A stretch of 64,000 nucleotides of DNA, taken from assembly GCF_009914755.1 (NCBI RefSeq), contig NC_060927.1; one strand, written 5' to 3'. The position numbers and the translations under genes were made by a program. The notes under the pieces are model-generated. The model saw nothing but the letters and a program-made list of their open reading frames with translations. It did no database searches and was not told the origin of the DNA. Shown here in pieces: positions 29,527 through 48,490 of the stretch; position 1 is the first letter of the stretch, and every line of letters starts with the position of its first letter. The stretch is from the human T2T-CHM13v2.0 reference genome, Homo sapiens.

Positions 29527-32500
29527 TGACCCAATGAGCAAATAACTCCAGCTCCAGGTCCCTGTCATGTTGTCTCACGTAACAAATGTTTATTGAACAC
29601 CTACCTTATGCCAGGCAGTGAGCTGCACTGGAGTTGATGCAGTGAAGACAGCAATCCCCAGCAGAGGAAAGAAATACACTAAAAAAGTAATTAAAAATAG
29701 TCAAAGGATGTGAAAGAGTAGAGCATTCAGTGAGAGTAAAACAGAGGAACTATCTTGGGGCAGGTAATCAAAGATGGGCTCCTGGAAAACTAAGGTATAG
29801 CTGAGATCTGAAGAATAAGCAGGAGGTAGCTAGGCAAGGGGGAGTGAGAATGATGGCGTTCCAAGCAGAGATCTGGAGGGCCAGTTGGTGAGAAGGGATG
29901 GGACGGTAGCTGGGAAGTGGTTAGAGATGAGGCTGGGGAGGCGAGGAGAAGCCAAATCTTACAGAAGCATAGCCTGATAGCAAGAGGAAGCCAGGAACTA
30001 TGTCTACGTCCAGGCCTAAGAAATTACACCAGCTGCAGTACAGAGAACAGACTAGGGTTGGGGGTGGAATAGGAAAAAAGGGAATAACTAGCTGTGGGGA
30101 GGCAATTCAAGAGAAAGATGGTGATGGCTTAGACTACGTCGGTGAAGATGGAGATAAACAAACAAATAGAAGAGACGTTTAGAAGGTGGAATGAACAAGA
30201 TCTGACAATTGATTGACTGTGAGAGTTGAAGGATAGGAAAGCAAATGATGACAACCCAATTTCTGACTTACAAAAGGAATGGTGGTGTTCCCACTCCTAG
30301 AGAAGAAAAAGGCTAAAGAATAAGCAGGTTTGAGGTGGGATGGAGGTAGGGAGGAGATGGCGAGTTTCATTAGGTTGTGTCAGTGTTAAGATGTCCATGA
30401 AATATTTAAGAGGAAGACTTAGCAACAGGACAGATGAGTTCAAAGGTGAGAATAGAGATCTGTGTTCAAAATATGGAAATGAGAGTCAGCAGTAGATAAT
30501 CAGTCACTGGCCTAAAGGTTACTACCTTACTCACCTAAGGGTATATTTCTCGAATTTCAGTCATTGAATACCATATTTAGTATTTTTCCCACAACTGCCT
30601 ATAGCCTGTGTTGCTTTGAACTTTTCCTTTATATTTTCTCTCTACTTAAGTAAATTTTTATAAGAACACCGTATCATTATTCTTATTGTAAATTCAGTGG
30701 ATTAGAGTAAAAAATAATAGTGAAAAAATAGACGACTATCAATTCTTATTTAGTGTTTAATATTTATTCTTGCATCACCTAAAATGGCATTACATTCTAT
30801 CGGCAGTATATATTCATACTTTGGAAAATACCAGCCTAGGGAAAATGTGTAAGAGGAAAAGAGGGCCTCATATCAGCTTAAACTATCAATATTTATTGAT
30901 GGGTAGAGCAAGAAAGCACATAGAGGCAGTCTCCAAGTCCCTGTATCTGTTCTGAAATATTGAAAAGATATTATTCTCTCTATATATGCACACATACACA
31001 TACATAAACACCTATATATGGTTTCAGTGCACTACAGTTATATAAGATGTCACCCACTGGGGGGAGCTAAGTCAAGGGTACAACTTTCTGTGAGTGGGTG
31101 ATTATTTCAAAAGAGAAAGGGAGAATATAGTGTAATACACAGATAAATGAACGGAAGTAAATGTTAATAAGGGTTAGCTATTTTGAGTAATGGGGTAAAG
31201 GGTTACAGTCACAGTCCTTTTTTTAAATTTACTTTTTCTAAATGTTCTATATTAAACATGTATTTTTCTGATTTTTTTTTTTTGGAAAGCTACTTTTTCA
31301 GGCAGAAATATCAGGCAGAATTTATCAAGAGATAACAAGTTTTGGGGAGTCTAAGGAAAGGATGGGTAAATAAATCCTATACCATTTGCCCACATCCAAG
31401 GCCAAAAGAAATGGGGCCCATATGCCAGACAGAAAGGGGGCTCATTACCTGGTAACCTGGCAAATGCTCAGCAAGCTTTTAACACATATGAAAATGAAGA
31501 ACTAATGGATGCACCATCTTGATGTAACTCATCATCCCTCTCAGAACACCAGGGGAAAAGAATTAAAAACCGGTCCTTAGGAAAGACACCTTCAGCCTCA
31601 TGTCTCTCAGTGTAGGCTAAACCCTAGAAGTACAGCCAATTTCTGGATCTCTCTAGCAGCAGGCACACCCAGGCCTCAGTGTAATCTTGCCCTCTGCTCA
31701 AGATGAAAGCAGAGCCATATTTCAGGGACTTGAGGGGACAGTTCATTCCAAGGCATTCTCTGCAATGTCTGTCAGAATGCTGCCTTGGCCCAACCGCCCT
31801 GCCCCATGAGACCCCCTAGGGCAGGTGCATTCACGTGAGTCAATGGCAAAGCTCAGGAGCCCACTTCATTCCTAACTGGGCTTTCTCCTCAATCCCCATG
31901 TTGTGTCCCCTGATAAACTGAGCTGGTTCTTTTGGCGAAGGCCTGAGTTCTAAGGGGAACATTGCCTTTCCCATAAGGCTAAACATGGTTTTGGGGATCT
32001 TAGCACCTTATAGCCAGTCAGATAGAATTTTAAAAAGCACCTAAAGGCACTACTGGGAAGATACAAAAAGGTGACAGGTCATGCCCCAGGAGGACTGGAC
32101 CTCAGAAAATGGTGTGCTCTTAAAATATGCAGGAAATAAAAGAAGACCAATACCTATCTCATACCTCTGAGCAAACAGTGTGCCATTCTGCTAGTAAAGT
32201 GGTCCTGTCTACCTGTGTCTTGGAATCTGACCCTTTCTAAATAACACTCAGCTCTCCTGGAGGGAGAGAGTAGAGAGCTCCCCTTGGCCCTCATGGATAG
32301 GGTGATGGTGACCTCTTGAGGAGAAACAGCCTATAAGAGGAATGTAGCATCATTCCCAAAGTGCCTTAGTCATTGCTGTGATGGCTTTGTACACCTAGCA
32401 CATGGGTGAGCATTTGGGAACAAACTAAATGCAAATATGGTTCAATATAATGGTGAATCAAATGACTTTAACATTTTTATTGTCACTGGGGAAGATATTT

Positions 32501-33055
32501 CACAAGCTGTGATTTGAAATTAAAAAGTCTCTCCATTTATATACTATTAAGATGCTTTCCTTCAATCTGACTATTTATGAACACTGTGAACATAGTTTGA
32601 TTTATAATCAAACTAAAGCTAAATAATCTTTCAAAGCATGTATTTTCTTTTAGCATATTATATTCTATATTTCTGGATAATCTTAAGTCTTAGATAACGA
32701 ACCCATAGAAGATACCTTCCCTAACACAAAGATTGTATTTTGAAAATTTAAAAACATAATATGTGTGTTCAAAAAAAGGCAGAATAGCTTAGCAGTTAAG
32801 AGTATGGGCTGTCAAGAGGTAGATGGGCTACAAACCCTGGCTCCACACCAAAATCTTCCAGCTTGGGGCAAGTCTCTTAATTATCACCTGTCTCTGATAC
32901 TGCATCTGTAGGATGAGGATAATAGTGGTATATATTCAATAAGGTCACTATGATGATTAGAGGAGATAACACATAAAAAGATTTCACATGGTGTTTTACT
33001 GGTAGCATTGTTGGCAACTTGATGTGTTATTATTGTTAATAACATGTTTATTATT

Positions 33056-34840
<1,785 letters not shown>

Positions 34841-35944
34841 GTATTCTTGTAATCTCTGAACACAATTTAACCAACAATTCCTTGGGATTATGATGTAAAA
34901 GTAGTCATATCCCAGAGACCCACACCGACTCCCATGACCACCTCCTGTATTCCTGAATATAAATTACATACACACATATAGTCAACGCCTGAACCTTTAA
35001 GGTAGACTCTCACAAAGATTTTTATTCATGTAGGACCTCACTTGAGGACAGCAGGCCCCAGTAGGGTAGCTCAGCATATGGCAATGGGCACTCAAGGTCC
35101 CCAGAGGGGGCACTGGGCAACAGCCAGAGGCACAAGCCTTCATCAACCCTGGCTTTCAGAGATGCCATCTTACTCTATCTTTACATGGGAGTAATAATGT
35201 CCCCCCTTTCCAACTGCAGGAACTGAGGATTACAGTAGCTAAATGATGGTCCAGGATCATTGAGGCAATCAATTTCAGAGTCAGAATCCTGGCAGAAGCA
35301 AAGAGGTGCCAAAAGGGGAGGAGAAACAGGAGACATAGTTTTCCGGCTTTGATTCCCATTTTGTTCCAGTCACTTGCTAAGTTCCACAATCAGGCAGGCA
35401 GTCACCTAACATGTATTGCACTTCTACCGCAGGCTGTTGCCAAGAGAGAGGCAAAGAGGAACGAGTCACAGTCTTTACCTTCCAGGAGTTTATGGCTGGC
35501 AAAACATGTATGTAAATGTGGTCTATTGGAGCTATTCTATAATCCTGTCAAATGCATGGTAGGACTTTACTTCTCTGTTTCCTTACAGTTGAGTGTGCCC
35601 ATCCTTTGACCAGTGACATCTGAGCTGAAGTGAAATATGCCACTTCCAGGTGGAGGCTTTGAGAGCCTGGGTCAATTCACTGCCCTGCTTCCCTGGGCTG
35701 TGATAACTGGCAACATGCCCCATGGAGGCTGCTCCTTTAGCCTGGGTCCTGAGGGAGGCCAGTTTAGAGCAGAAGCCCAGACAAACTGATACAGACATCT
35801 TGCTGAAGAAAGAAATAAATATTTTACCAGAAAAAAAGACGGTTATTCACTGTAAAATTATTATAACTTCCCAAGTTATCCCTCACCTCTCATTTTCTTC
35901 CCAGCCCAACATTGTATGCCTCATAACCTATGTTAAGAAAATCT

Positions 35945-36250
<306 letters not shown>

Positions 36251-39036
36251 AATCCTTTCCAGAGAGAAACCTTCAGCCTTGCTCTGGTGAAGTGTTGCTT
36301 CATCCTGTCGTTTTCCAGATCCACCAGAACCCAACTCCCTGGCCCTCCCCACTTCCAAAGCTCAGACATCCTAAATCGAAGAGATTACAGATAATGTAAA
36401 GGAAAGGCCCAGAGTTTATCCTCTCACCATTTTAACAGGAGGCAGGAGTGTTTAACAAAAACATTCAAACTCACTTATCTGACAAAAGAAGAAAAAGGAA
36501 TTAAAGAAAATTTGTTATATGTCCCATTTTCAAAGGCTTCTTGCTTTGAGCTGTTTCAAGTTGAGTGACAGAAAAGTTTTTTTTTGTTGTGTTTTGTTTT
36601 GTTTTTTGACAAACACAGGGCTCATACTATGAGCCAGGCACTGTTCTAGGGAGTTCCAAATAGTAACTCATTTAATACGAAAACAACCGTGTGAGATAGA
36701 TATTATTATTATTACCATCTCATAGATGAGGAAACTGAAGCACAAAGGTTGTGATTTTCATGAATCACACAACTAAGCAGATTCGAGAGTTTTCTGCCTT
36801 CCCCAAGGGCATTGTTAATTTTGCTTTAATATTAGACTTCTTTGTGAGCAATAATATTATAACTCACCAAAAATAGCTGTGCACATTTCAGGCACTGTGC
36901 AAGAGATAGCAGTACCAGCTGGGACCTAGAGAACCATTTGGCATTCCTCAAATAGAATTCTGTGGGCTGTTCTCCCTCAAAGCCCTTTGTGTCTCAGTTG
37001 CAAGTAGCTGAATATGGCAACCTTGGTGGCCAATGGAAAGGTCATATTCACACCTTTCAGAGAAGGAAACTAGAGAGCCTGACCAATGGTGTGATGAAGA
37101 ATCTTGGAGTCCTTCCAACTCTATGGGCTCCCAGTAAGAATTTTTGAAAATCCATCCCAGATGGAAAGTCACACTCCTCTGGGAGAGATGTCAATTATAG
37201 AATCTATTTTAGCCTGATGCAAAGAATGCAAACAGAGCAAAAGCACATGTATGTGTTGAAGCATCAGCGACAGACAAATCAATGAGTGTGATGCTAAGAC
37301 ACTAAAACATAGGAGATCTACTTCTTGGTTCTAGTCCCAGGACCATGAGCTCTACTCTAAAAACAAAGCTGCCATCTTGAAAATGTTACTGATCGTCACA
37401 AGTGAGATTGTGATGCAAATCTGTCTTAAGATACCTTGGTTGAAAAGAAAAAAATCCGTTCCAATTACACATAAATACATATACACACACACACAAAGGA
37501 AAAATGGGAGGGTTGTATTTATCAAGGTACAGAGCATATAATGGAATGAAAGGATAGAGAATGCAGTGAATGTCCACACAATCCTGAAAACAACAATAGA
37601 AAGCAAAATTGAGGCTTCACTCTCAGTTTCTCTCAAATGAATTGGTTTCTGATCTCTGCTTCTCTCTGCATGTGGTCATTATTCTGTATTCTCTTTCTCT
37701 CTATCTCTCTATCTCTATTTCCTAAACCAAGTATTTCTGGATTCTTGGCACAAGAGCCAAACACAATGTCCCCATTGCTGACTTGACTTTTCCCTTTAAA
37801 TGCTCAACAGACACTCAGTAGCATCTCAGAAGGCCCAATTCTTATCCCAGGAGAGAGACACTGATTGGCTGAGTTTGAGTAATGACTTCTAATCTAACTG
37901 TCTGAGGTCAAGGTGGAGGCTGACATGCTCACTTAGCAGGGACTGTGGGAACCGACTTTTTGCGGAGTCTGTGGATGGGTTCTCAAAGAAGGAAGAGAGG
38001 AACTGGGGAGGAAGTGATTGATAGAGGAAATTATAAGAATCTCTAGTACAAAATCTGTGACTTGGACTAGAAAGGCAATGTTATTTGCATCTCAGATATG
38101 GGCTTAGTGAAAGTGCCTTGAAGGAATAATTTTGTTTGTTACTCCAAGTGAAACCTTTAGTGTATTGTCATTGTACAAAAGAAGCTAACCTGACTCTCCC
38201 TGGGAAGTTTTCCTGTGATTAAATATAGCCAAGATATTCCTGTACAAGAGCTGTGGCAAGCTTGCAATTTGGTGAACATGATAGAAACATACCCTATCCA
38301 AGAACCCCTAATTTTCTTTATTTTAGCATCTAAAAATGGATCCAACTCTGAGATCAGGATTTGCGCTTTAAATAGTCCTTTATAAGAAAGGGGGAGAGGG
38401 TTGGAAGAAAACCAATGGCAGTACTGTTCATCAGCTGATCTTCTTCATGGGTAGAGCTAAGGAGAGCTCTTGGGGAGACCATTCTGCTCAATATGAAAAG
38501 GTTGGGCCAGCCCATTAACAAGGGGGGAGAGTGACCCAAAGAATTCAAGCCTGAGAGATTTGTTATACTAGTCTCCTCTTCTCTAACTTCAGTCTAGGCC
38601 ACATGGATTCCGATTTCACTTTGATCTTTTAGGAGATACAATTTTTAAATCAAATGCAGGAGGTGGCATGGTATAAAATGGAAATTTTAGCATGTTTTAT
38701 ACTCCCACACACTTGAGGAATACCACACGTTCCTGTTACAAGTTCTCAGTACCTTATTCACAACTCTAAATCTAAAGAACAGTGACCATCTAAATTTTTT
38801 CATAATTATTTGGTAACAAATTACAAACTGTAACTAACTAGAGGCTATTTGTGGTCTTTATTTCTTCCACTTTGGGTGAGTGTTCAGAGTGTGTAGCTAG
38901 GAGATCTATGTCCCTAGAGAAATTGTTGATTTGTAGAAGTGGGCCAGAGAGAGGACCTGAACTCTAGTCCTAGATATACCACCACAAGCTGGGTAGCTCT
39001 GTAAAAGTCCTCCAACTTTTCTAAATGAGCCTTGTG

Positions 39037-39080
39037 TTTTGTTTTGTTTTGTTTTGTTTTGTTTTGTTTTGTTTTGTTTT
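39037..39080 (+). repeat. (GTTTT)n pentanucleotide repeat
   Basis: Read directly from the sequence. Confidence 0.9.
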
Positions 39081-40403
39081 TCAAATAAAAATTTGAGATC
39101 AGAAAGGGGTCTGTTTTCTTACAGAAGTTGTTGTGGGACTTCAAGAGGCATATACACATTTGAGGAGCTCAAAGTGTACCTATGCACACGCCTGATGTCT
39201 ATTCTAACTTGTCTTATTCTAGACAAATTGTTACTATCATTTTCTTTATTAATAACTGCCCTTTATAGAACATCTACTACACTCAAGTACTGCTGTATAG
39301 TCTTTTATTAATTCCCTACACAGCTTTAGGGATTGGTATTTCTCTATTTTACAAAAGAGAGTGAAATTTAGGGAAGGTTGAACGTCCTACCCAGGATCTC
39401 ATAGCATTAAGCGGCAGATCAAATCCAGGATTGCAACCCAGGCTTATTTCATGCTACAGTCTAGCTTCTTTATGATACCAGGAGTGGATATAAAACCGCC
39501 AAAGGAGGGTTTCTCCATTATTTACAGTTTATACTGAATTACAACAAATTTATTCTGTAAAATAAGGAAGAGGAAGAGGAAGGAGCAGCATTTCACATGC
39601 CCAGAGCTCAAAGGAATCAAGAAGAGTTTTGTGGGTTTTTATAATGCTCTAACAATATAACAATTTCCCTCCCTCTCTGTGTCATTTAGTTTAGTTTTCC
39701 AGAAAATTATTCCTCTGGGAGAAGGCAATGGAGTTTTTAAATCTGTGTGGCCTGTAGCCCATGGTTTTCCTTAAAGAAGGTACAAATGTTGGGAAGAAGA
39801 CCATGGAAGAAGGGAAAGGAAGGCAGTAGAGCCCCTGGGAAGGTGAAAGCATCTTCCTGATCTTAGCACGTGGCAGGTGGCATGGTAGAAACACTGATGC
39901 AAAGGTTAGAATGACTTTTACTTCCAGCTCTGTACCTGCTACCTCCTCTCTAGCTCTCAGATTCTTCCTTACTTAGTGAAAAGGGACTCTGTGACCAGAT
40001 GTTCCCTAAAATCCCTTCCCATTCTGATAATCTTTTATGCAAAGAAATATTTTCAAAAAGAAAATTATAACAAGGTGCTAATACGCATATGGACAAATTC
40101 TAATCACCTAAGAATCTGTCTTTTCTACCCCTTTTCACAACCTTGGCCATGACAGTCTGTGGCATAAGCCGAGCACACAGAGGGCTAAATGTCAATAAGC
40201 AGATGTCCTAGAAGGGAGAATAAGAAGAGGGGCAGGAGAAGCTGACAAATTCTCAGTGCTTTTCAGATTAAGAACATGAAGATAAGGTCAAACAATTCAT
40301 GTGGCCATCTATTAATCTGTAAGGTCTTTAAAAGCAAGAGCCCTGCCTGTCTTGTATAGTAGCTTCAGCACCTAGAACAGTGCCCTTATATAGCAAATGC
40401 TTA

Positions 40404-40754
<351 letters not shown>

Positions 40755-41914
40755 CTATTAACATATTTGCTTATACGCAGGTCAATGACATGCCAAAAAA
40801 AGAAAACACAGGTGTGCTCTAGTGGTAGATGAGTAAACTAGGTCTGATCACAAAGACTGTGCTAGTTTTCAGAATTGGTGGAAGGGAATATGCAGACTCC
40901 ATTTAAGACTGCATTTATTCCAATTTAGCTCATAACTAGCGAATAAGCAGTCTTCAAGATCAAAAACACTCTGTGTCTTTGTGTTACTTCAAAGACACAG
41001 AGAATGCAGCACTCCGGTTGTTTAAGGGTCAGTGAAGTTCTCACAGAATGGGAAATCTACCAAGGAAGACTTTATCCAAAACATTGCAACAAGGGAGAGA
41101 CATGGAACTCAACTCTAAATACAGTAGGGGCAAGTGACGATTTATAGCCTATGGGCAGGGTGAGGAAGTAGATGAAAAATTGCGAAGAGGAGACGGGTTA
41201 GGTATCAAGGATCAGGGATATGAGGAACTTTATTGGATATCAAGGGTGAGAGATTCAACAGGTCTTGACAGTCTAAGGACAAAGCCTACTGGAGTAGAGG
41301 GCTCAAATGAGGCTAATGTTTGGCCAAGGAACTAGTCCAGGAGCAATATGTGGTACCTCTACTACAATACAAAGATTATTGAAGCATTCAATCTCCCATC
41401 CACATGGTTGACAGATATGTATGAAGCACTTCTGCTGGGTTCTGGGATACAGTGTGGGAGCAAGACAGATATGATTCTTGTTCTCATGGAGCTACGTGGA
41501 ATTCTCATGGCACTTACTGACCTGCATAATTTCCAGTTTGCAGAAACTAGAAATTATGTAGCTCAAGTGGAAATTATGAAGTTCAGTAAGTGTAATGACA
41601 GGGAAAGTACAGAAATGTCTAATAGGAGCACCCAACCATGGTTTTGAGTTTTTTTGTTGTTTTTTAAAATAACTTCACAGATGATATTTTGTCTAAGGCC
41701 TGAAAGATGGGTAGAACTTGGCAAGGCAGCAAGGACAGAGAATAACATCATTAAGAACATAGCAGTTTCAATAAACTGGAAAAAAAAAGCATGATATGAC
41801 CCAAATGCAGCATGAGGCAAAGATGTGGGAGAGACGTGAGAAATTAGGCTGGGAAATGGATAGAGGCCAAATCAGAAAAAGCCTCAAGAACCACATTAAA
41901 AAGATATATATATA

Positions 41915-42533
<619 letters not shown>

Positions 42534-43179
42534 TATGCTTATTGCAGGACTTCTCTGAGCCTTTATTAGTAGATATCTTAGTTTGGGTTCCCCCAGAAGC
42601 ATGCTATAAAATAAGAATTCGAATATAATTCGTTTATGTGGGATGTTATTTCAGGCAACTTCACTAGGAGAAGGGAAGCCAGTCAATACAGGGTACATTA
42701 ATGAGCTGTTTTACCACTACGGGGACCTGGAGCTCAATCCCACTGGTGATATCTGAGAGACAATATAGAACACACCTCAGAGTTATCCCAACCAACAGGC
42801 AAGAAAGCTGGGAAACTTTCTCCCAACTACCATCTCTCATTTGTTGAAGTCTGCTTTCAAAGGCGTTGACTCTCAGGTCCTTCCAACTTGCTCTGCAGGC
42901 CACAACATGTACTTCTTGAGTCACCAGTGAAAGAACACAAATAACAAAACAAGAACCTTGAGCAAAAGTCACATGAGCTTATACTATGCAGACAGTGCAG
43001 AGAATACTAGTAAAGCAAGAACAGCAACTCCTCCAATAGGTAACGTGGTTTGTGAAGCTCTGAGAGGTGGATTAAGTTTGCGTTTTCCCAGTATATTTGA
43101 CCACAGAATCTTCTTTGACTAGGAAATCCTGAAGGCTGATAATGTTTCACATAATAAACTTTGAGGGCTCCTTCTAGAT

Positions 43180-43416
43180 CAGTAGTCAATAAATTTTATC
43201 CGTAAAGGTAAACTTTATCTGTAAAGATAGTAAATATTTTTGGCTTTACATGACATATGGTGTCTGTCACAACTGCTCAACTCTGTTGTGACATCCCCAA
43301 AACAGCCAGAGACAATATGCAAATGAATTTCCATGGTTGTGTTTCAATAAAGCTTTATTCACAAAATTAGGTGGCCAGCCAGATTTCACCCACCAGGTGT
43401 AGCTTGCTGACCCCTG
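43180..43416. mobile_element. hAT MITE (MER58A-like)
   Basis: TCTGTAAAG...ATAGTAAATATTTTTGGCTTT...GCTTGCTGACCCCTG. Confidence 0.7.
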
Positions 43417-44720
43417 GTCTGGCCATTCCTATAGCTCCATCCAGCTCTAGGATTCTAAGACATGTGTGTGGTTGCCCTACACAGCAGGGAGGTCAGATTG
43501 ACTGATCTTAGCAAAGCCTTAACTCTCTTCTCTCATGTGGATTCATAGTAAATGGTGTTTCAAATCGATGTACCTAACCACTACAGAACCCCATCCCAGC
43601 CAGTCCTCTGCTGTAGTCCTGTTCATTCCATCTTGCTGAAGAAAAGCAAATGAGCCTAAATTTAATTAATCTGCTAGGGAAATAAAAATAGTGTTGCCTG
43701 AAGCTGCCTGATGCCAAGAATTTTCTGTGTCACAGGAAGAGAAAAATAAATAGTGGCTTAAAATAAACAAAGTTCTGCTCACCCTAGGATCTTAAAGAGA
43801 TATAAAGACTGGTGGTGGAGGAGGGAAAGGGGTCAGAGAACAAGACCCAACTCCAGCTTCTTTATTTTCTAGCTTGAAGACATAAGGACAACACTTTCTC
43901 CTGACACATGCATTTAGCCACCTAGTGAATGCTGGGCATTCATTCCTTAATTCAATAAAAATATATTGGATGCCTAATTTTTGCCAGACACAGTGCTAGA
44001 CAGGACGGGCTACATAATTTGCTGGGCCCTGAATTTTGCAAAACAAAAATTCAGGGCTTCTTTTCAGCAATTACAGTATCAGGAATTTCAAAATGATGAC
44101 AGCAGAGTACTATACCAAGCCTGGGGCCCTTCTGACTGCTGTGCAATTGCATAGGCCACATACCCAAGAAGCTAACCCTGGCTAGACATTGGTGTTACAA
44201 AGATATATATGGTTACAAAGAAGATTTCAGTCTTCACTCTAGAGAAGCTACTATCCAAGAAGGGAGAGAAAATATGTGTAATAAGACTATCAGAGCTTCA
44301 TATCTTCCTTTTCAAATGCTTCACCACTTTTATGCATATCAGATCCCAGTGAGCTTCTACATTCAACAGCCAGCACCTGCATCTCTCTGTTGGCATCTGG
44401 CCACTGGCTGCTGGTGCCACTTTTTCAGGGAACTCAGAGAACTAGAAGTCCTTCACAAATGATTTGTGTGCGAGTCCATCTGGTTTGCTCCTTGCCCCTG
44501 ATTGGGTCAGCCCTGAGGCCAGATGTGCATTGGTCCCAAACCTTCTCCATAGGATTAAGTCACACCCCAGCCTGGATCCCTTCCCTTCCTATTTCCCCAC
44601 TTCCCTATCAGTTCTTCTTGGGAGCACTTCCTAATAGATTATTTCCACACACAAATTTTTATTTCAGAGTCTGCTTTTGAGGAACCCAATCAAAAAACAC
44701 ACATATAAATTATAGGGGAT

Positions 44721-45352
<632 letters not shown>

Positions 45353-45853
45353 AAGGACTAAGGTACAAAATGAGAGTTGGTGGAGATCCTGAGAAAGTAT
45401 CAGGCCTATTCAGAGATGAGGAAAGCTTATTCCAGGTGAAGGTAGGGAGTGGCACAGGTGAGAGGAATCTTGGGTGGGTGGGTGTTTATGGTAGGTCTCG
45501 ACTAACGAATGTATTCGTATAATGAATAAGGAATTGTGGAAGTAGGAGGAGATGTTGTATTTATTCTGTTTATTTCTACAGATCTCTTTACTCTTTTCTA
45601 CCCTGCCTTGTTTCCAGAAAGGCTGACCTGCATGGACTGCATCAACAGGCAATCTTGTCTTTGGCTTCTCATTGCATTAGGCCAATGACCTTGTAGATGA
45701 TTAGTGGTGGAGGAACATGAACATATAATGGCTAGATGGACAAAAGGAAAGATGAATGAATAAAATCAGTGGCCTCTGAATGTTACTATTAGGTGGCTTG
45801 ACCTTGACTTTCTAGTACATATTTGGGTAGAATCATTTGTTCATCCTCTGTGA

Positions 45854-46170
<317 letters not shown>

Positions 46171-48125
46171 CTCAGATTCTTATGTAGTTCTATGGCTAAG
46201 TTTTAGAAGTCCCATTTCAGGGGGTAATTAATAGAGTCATATTTCTTCCAACAAAGTTGTAATCTCTGAGCTGTTTGTGCTCTTGGCACAAAAGAGGATG
46301 CAGACAGGAGGATATAGTTGAAAAAAGAAATTATGAGAAGCATTTTGCAAAGTAAAATTAGGAGGAGGGAATGATGAAGCTAAAATAAATGTTTCCTGTT
46401 GAAGTCTGCTTTGTATTACAAATCATGAAGGGGCTTGATTGGATAGCCTGCTGGTGACAAATAGCCTGCAATTCATTTCTCTTACTGACATTTGGCCAAA
46501 ATGCTGCAAGATACACATAAATGTTACTTGACAGTGCCTTTCAGCATTTTGAGGGAGGATAAGGCAGGGCTCTGCTCAAAGAAATACCTGAGTTTTTGGA
46601 ACCAATTCTACTGCACATTACCCTTAACCCTATATGCTCCTTTACCAATCAAGGGACCTACAAGATACAAGTAACACATTCAAACATGCTAATTGAGGAG
46701 ACATAACAAGAGAACCATCTACAAAGTGCTGACAGGGTTTGAGAGAACCAGCAAGGTATGATGAAGCACCCTGGACCTAGTATGAAAGCAACACAGAAGA
46801 AACCGGAGGTGAGAGAGGCAGAAAGAGGGGTTCATGTTGACGCTGTACAAGCACCTGGCTCCAGTCTTGTTGGAGTGCAGCAATTCATGAAGCTAGATTC
46901 TCCCTCTACCTCTCAATTATGTAAGCCAGTTTGTCATCTTTTTTGGCTTGAGCTAGTTGAAGCTAGTTTTTATCACTTGCAATACTGCTCATCTAGGCTC
47001 CCTTTTCCCTGAGTCCATCCCTACAGTGCTATCAATCACTTTGTACAGTGCCATTTATTTTTTGCGGGGGATGGGAATCAGACTCCCCCACTAGACTCAG
47101 AGTTTTCACTTTTCCTCTTTACCTGGGGCCTGGTGCAAGTTTGTAAGTGTTTAACAAATATGGAAAGCAAGCAATACAAGAGTCAGGGTTCCAAGACAAG
47201 GTAGTTCAGTATTCCTAGTTTCTTAATAAGGTAATAAGGAAGATGATGTTGATTATGATGACCACCACCACTAGGTGGTAGTTGTGGTAATGATAATGGT
47301 AATGATGACATTTACCATTTATTGAGGATTGCACCTTTAAGGGCTTTACAAACATTTTCTCATTACATCATCAGAACCACCACCTCAAGTAGCTGTGTTA
47401 GACCATGCTTCTCATCAGGAAGCAGAGGCTCAGAGATTTCAGGCAACTCATCCAAAGTCACACAGCTAGAAGTGGCAGTCACAGAATATTCACTCCAAAG
47501 TCCATGCTCTTATCCATCATGTGAATAGCCCCCAAGCCTTTCTTTCTACTTCTTCATTTTCCTGAATAAAACTCCCTATCCTGACATGCCATTCTTGACT
47601 CTGCCTTTGCTTGAACTCTATCAGAGCAAGGAAATAGGACTAAGCATTTTCCCGTCTCACCTCCTTATGCCAGGCCTGGCCCCTGATATACCATGTGGCT
47701 TCATGTCAGGCTGAGCACAGAAGCATCTTCACAGAATCACTTTGGGGCCTGAGAAATATGGTGGCACCTGAATCATAGAGTTCATACCCAAAAGTTTAGA
47801 AGGAACAAAGCCTGATTCCTACTTCAGAACGTCCAAGTTAATTCCCCAAAATATCCAATGCTTCCTTAGGGCCCAGAAGCAACCTAAAGCATCATCGAAG
47901 CATACAGCTTTGAAGTCAAATCCACCTGGGTCTTAATTCTGACTCTTTCACAATCTGGGTGACTTTCGGCAAATTGCATCAACTGGGGAATGCCTACCTC
48001 AGAAAAATGATGAGAGAATGGAGAGAATTAGCACTGACCGTAGTAAACTAATGGTATCTTGCATATAGCAATTATTCCAGCAGTAGTAGCTATATTTATT
48101 ATTATCGAAATCTCTTGTTTTTCAG

Positions 48126-48182
48126 ATGACTGAAAGCCAAAAAAGCTTCCAGAGGAGTTACAGGGAAATGGGGGAAAGATAA
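48126..48182 (+). CDS. SNTN: Candidate alternative terminal SNTN exon (MTESQKSFQRSYREMGER*)
   Basis: Strong acceptor tctcttgtttttcag| at 48125. Open in phase 0, matching the exon 3 donor. Followed by AATAAA 48330 and ATTAAA 48626. Confidence 0.45.
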   Translation: MTESQKSFQRSYREMGER

Positions 48183-48309
48183 AGAATCCCGTTACTCCAC
48201 ACCTCTACTACCTATTGTTCCCCATACACACATGTATATGTCTCCATCTTTTAACAGGCATGCATCCTTCTCCAGGAAGTCTTTGGACCCTCCTTCCCCC
48301 AGTGGTGTT

Positions 48310-48490
48310 AAGAGTTGCCTGATTTACGTAATAAAAATATGGAACACCCAGTGAAATTTGAACTTCAGATAAACAGCAAATACCTTTTACAGTATAAATA
48401 TGTCCCAAGCAATATTTTGAACATACTTATACTAAAAAAGCATGTTTTGTTTATCTGAAATTCAAATTTAACTAGGCATTTTATCCACAG
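48310..48490. mobile_element. Palindromic hAT MITE (MER53-like)
   Basis: Inverted arms AAATTTGAACTTCAGATAAACA and TGTTTATCTGAAATTCAAATTT. Confidence 0.75.

Noticed and set aside
45560-45620. Tandem splice-acceptor-like sites (tttctacag, gtttccag)
   Set aside because: No convincing downstream donor or coding frame, so sequence alone cannot support an exon.
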